Positions 16,701 through 18,323 of a stretch of DNA of 18,323 nucleotides are shown one piece after another. This DNA comes from Planctomycetales bacterium (GTDB taxonomy: Bacteria; 4484-113). Location of the stretch: contig JBBIJQ010000038.1 in assembly GCA_037445915.1 (NCBI GenBank), forward strand, positions 1-18,323. The letters are read 5' to 3'. Position 1 is the first letter of the stretch. Each line of letters opens with the position of its first letter. Both the position numbers and the translations under genes were made by a program. The notes under the pieces were generated by a model that did no database searches, was not told the DNA's origin, and saw only the letters and a program-made list of their open reading frames with translations.

Positions 16701-16752
16701 TGATTCTAGCACATTGCTGGCCCGCGCTGGTGGTTCACAAGTGCTAGAATCA
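16701..16752. promoter_or_regulatory. Perfect 12-bp inverted repeat (TGATTCTAGCAC-N28-GTGCTAGAATCA); each arm is an outward-facing extended -10 (TGcTAGAAT)
   Basis: Arms at 16701-16712 and 16741-16752 are exact reverse complements, located between the divergent ilvE and thpR genes. Confidence 0.7.
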
Positions 16753-16779
16753 ACGCTCAATCCAAAGTGGGAAAAGAGC

Positions 16780-17385
16780 ATGGAATCTCGCTTTTCATCA
16801 GATACCCCTCGCGTATTTCTGGCTGTTCCATTCAGCAAAGGTTTCCAGCAGCGCATCCTGGGCTATCAGGAGGCGTTACGTGCGCGTTTCAAGGCGATGC
16901 ACTGGATACCGCCTGAAAACTTTCATTTGACTGTGAAGTTCTTCGGCGAAACGCCGATAGCTAAGCTGGAAAAGTGTATCCTGCCCCGCCTTGAGCAGCT
17001 AATCAGCGGTAAACCTTCGTTTGATCTTTACTTCAGGCGCTTCGGCTGGTTTGGCAGCCCACGCCAGCTTCGGGTGCTGCACATTGAGGGCGAGGCACCG
17101 GGGCTACTTGCGTTGGCGGAAGCAGTGCTAAAAGAGTATCCGGACGAACGCTCGCGCCTATTCAAGGCGCACCTGACGCTGGCTAAAGGGCTGAAGCGCG
17201 TGGAACAGGAGGAAATTGCCGCGAATGAGGAAGCTCTACGGAAGTGGCAGAAAGATGGCGCGGAGGCGGTCTGTCTTCCAACCGTGGACGCAACCGAACG
17301 CATCACGAAGCTGGTGATAATGGAAAGCATGTTCGTCGGCCGTGCCGTGCACTACGAGGAGCGCGTAGATTTCCCGCTGAAATAG
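16780..17385 (+). CDS. thpR: RNA 2',3'-cyclic phosphodiesterase (2H phosphoesterase, LigT/ThpR family)
   Basis: RVFLAV, WIPPENFHLTVKFFG (first HxT), FKAHLTLA (second HxT) and the LVIMES...Y tail. The ATG at 16780 is preferred over the TTG at 16714 because it lies downstream of the promoter motif. Confidence 0.9.
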   Translation: MESRFSSDTPRVFLAVPFSKGFQQRILGYQEALRARFKAMHWIPPENFHLTVKFFGETPIAKLEKCILPRLEQLISGKPSFDLYFRRFGWFGSPRQLRVLHIEGEAPGLLALAEAVLKEYPDERSRLFKAHLTLAKGLKRVEQEEIAANEEALRKWQKDGAEAVCLPTVDATERITKLVIMESMFVGRAVHYEERVDFPLK

Positions 17386-17471
17386 GCACGCCTGCAACCG
17401 GCAAAAGGTCTCTTCCAGCAAGGACACTGGCGGCGTTGATGCCATTGTATAAACACCTGTCAGCCTCCGTG

Positions 17472-18323
17472 TCAATGGCTTCCTGCTTCGCTTAAGCGGT
17501 CAGAAGCTTCATCTGTTCTGCTCTCCCTGTCTTTTTTCGTAGCATAGACGACACGGTTCCGCCCCTGCCTCTTCGCTTGATAGAGCGCTTCGTCAGCCGC
17601 CGCGAGGATGTCATCAACAACGCTTCCAGATATGTCGCAGTACGCGCCGATGCTCAGAGTAACGGCCAACACGCCTGACCTAGTTTTAATCTCGCTTCCT
17701 GCAACTAGCGAGCACAGCCTGTCGTATATGGACACGCAGTCCAGCCCGCCCCTCATAGAGGTTACGAGCAGAAACTCCTCGCCCCCGATACGCCCGACGG
17801 AATCGTACTTCCTGATATAGTCGGTGAGCATCTGCGCAATTGCGCAGAGCACATCATCTCCAGTTTGGTGGCCGTACTTGTCGTTGACCTGCTTGAAGTG
17901 GTCAATGTCACACATTCCTACGGCGAGGCCATCTCCGTAGCGTTCGGCGCGCGCGAGCTCTCTATGCAAGTGCTCAAGTATCGCCCGGCGATTGAATATG
18001 CCCGTCAATGGGTCGTGGGTGGCCTGGTACGCCAGAATATCACGGCTCTTTGCCAGCGCAGCCTGCATCTCTATTAGCCGCCTTCCGACTTCCACGCGCG
18101 CCCTGAGTTCCCCGGCGTCAAACGGCTTGGTTAGGTAATCGTCTGCCCCGGCGTTTAGCCCGTCAACTACATCGGCTTTATCGCCCTTCGCCGTAAGCAT
18201 AATGATATATGGCGGCTGGGGAGAGTTGAGCGCGCGGATCCTGCGCACGACTTCCAGCCCGTCCATCTCCGGCATCATCAAGTCCAGAATCGCCAACTGC
18301 GCCGCGTCGGTCCGTTGCATTGC
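17472..18323 (-). CDS. Response-regulator diguanylate cyclase (REC-GGDEF), 5' end outside the window
   Basis: Receiver motifs [16 protein letters not shown] and [10 protein letters not shown]; a coiled linker; then [22 protein letters not shown], an RxxD I-site (RKYD), GGEEF and ADEALYQAK. The frame is open to the window edge. Confidence 0.96.
   Translation of the reverse strand, partial: AMQRTDAAQLAILDLMMPEMDGLEVVRRIRALNSPQPPYIIMLTAKGDKADVVDGLNAGADDYLTKPFDAGELRARVEVGRRLIEMQAALAKSRDILAYQATHDPLTGIFNRRAILEHLHRELARAERYGDGLAVGMCDIDHFKQVNDKYGHQTGDDVLCAIAQMLTDYIRKYDSVGRIGGEEFLLVTSMRGGLDCVSIYDRLCSLVAGSEIKTRSGVLAVTLSIGAYCDISGSVVDDILAAADEALYQAKRQGRNRVVYATKKDRESRTDEASDRLSEAGSH

Overview
Gene-dense bacterial chromosomal segment with no recognisable mobile element, CRISPR array or structural RNA gene. 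The + strand has a 5'-truncated NlpC/P60 peptidase, then a tightly packed run: cdaA-cdaR-glmM, a UPF0173-like metallo-beta-lactamase-fold hydrolase, a 706-aa two-domain protein with an acyl-ACP-reductase-like (COG5322-type) C-terminal half, pth, a PPC/DUF296 protein, dapA, a family-4 uracil-DNA glycosylase and a HAD hydrolase. The right half has pfkA coupled to a lower-GC orphan lipoprotein (-), a monoheme cytochrome c lipoprotein (+), a ClpC-like ATPase and ilvE (-), a 2H phosphoesterase thpR (+) and a 5'-truncated REC-GGDEF diguanylate cyclase (-). The most notable observations are: (1) the cdaA-cdaR-glmM operon is extended by an MBL hydrolase and the reductase-like fusion instead of glmS; (2) the PFK has an atypical Asp104/Gln124 phosphoryl-donor signature; (3) TCGA is almost absent and GATC is scarce; (4) the ilvE/thpR divergent promoters are a perfect 12-bp inverted repeat, and extended -10 motifs recur, one implying a leaderless transcript; (5) ClpC has a non-canonical middle domain. 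All assignments come from motif recognition by eye; no database search was run.
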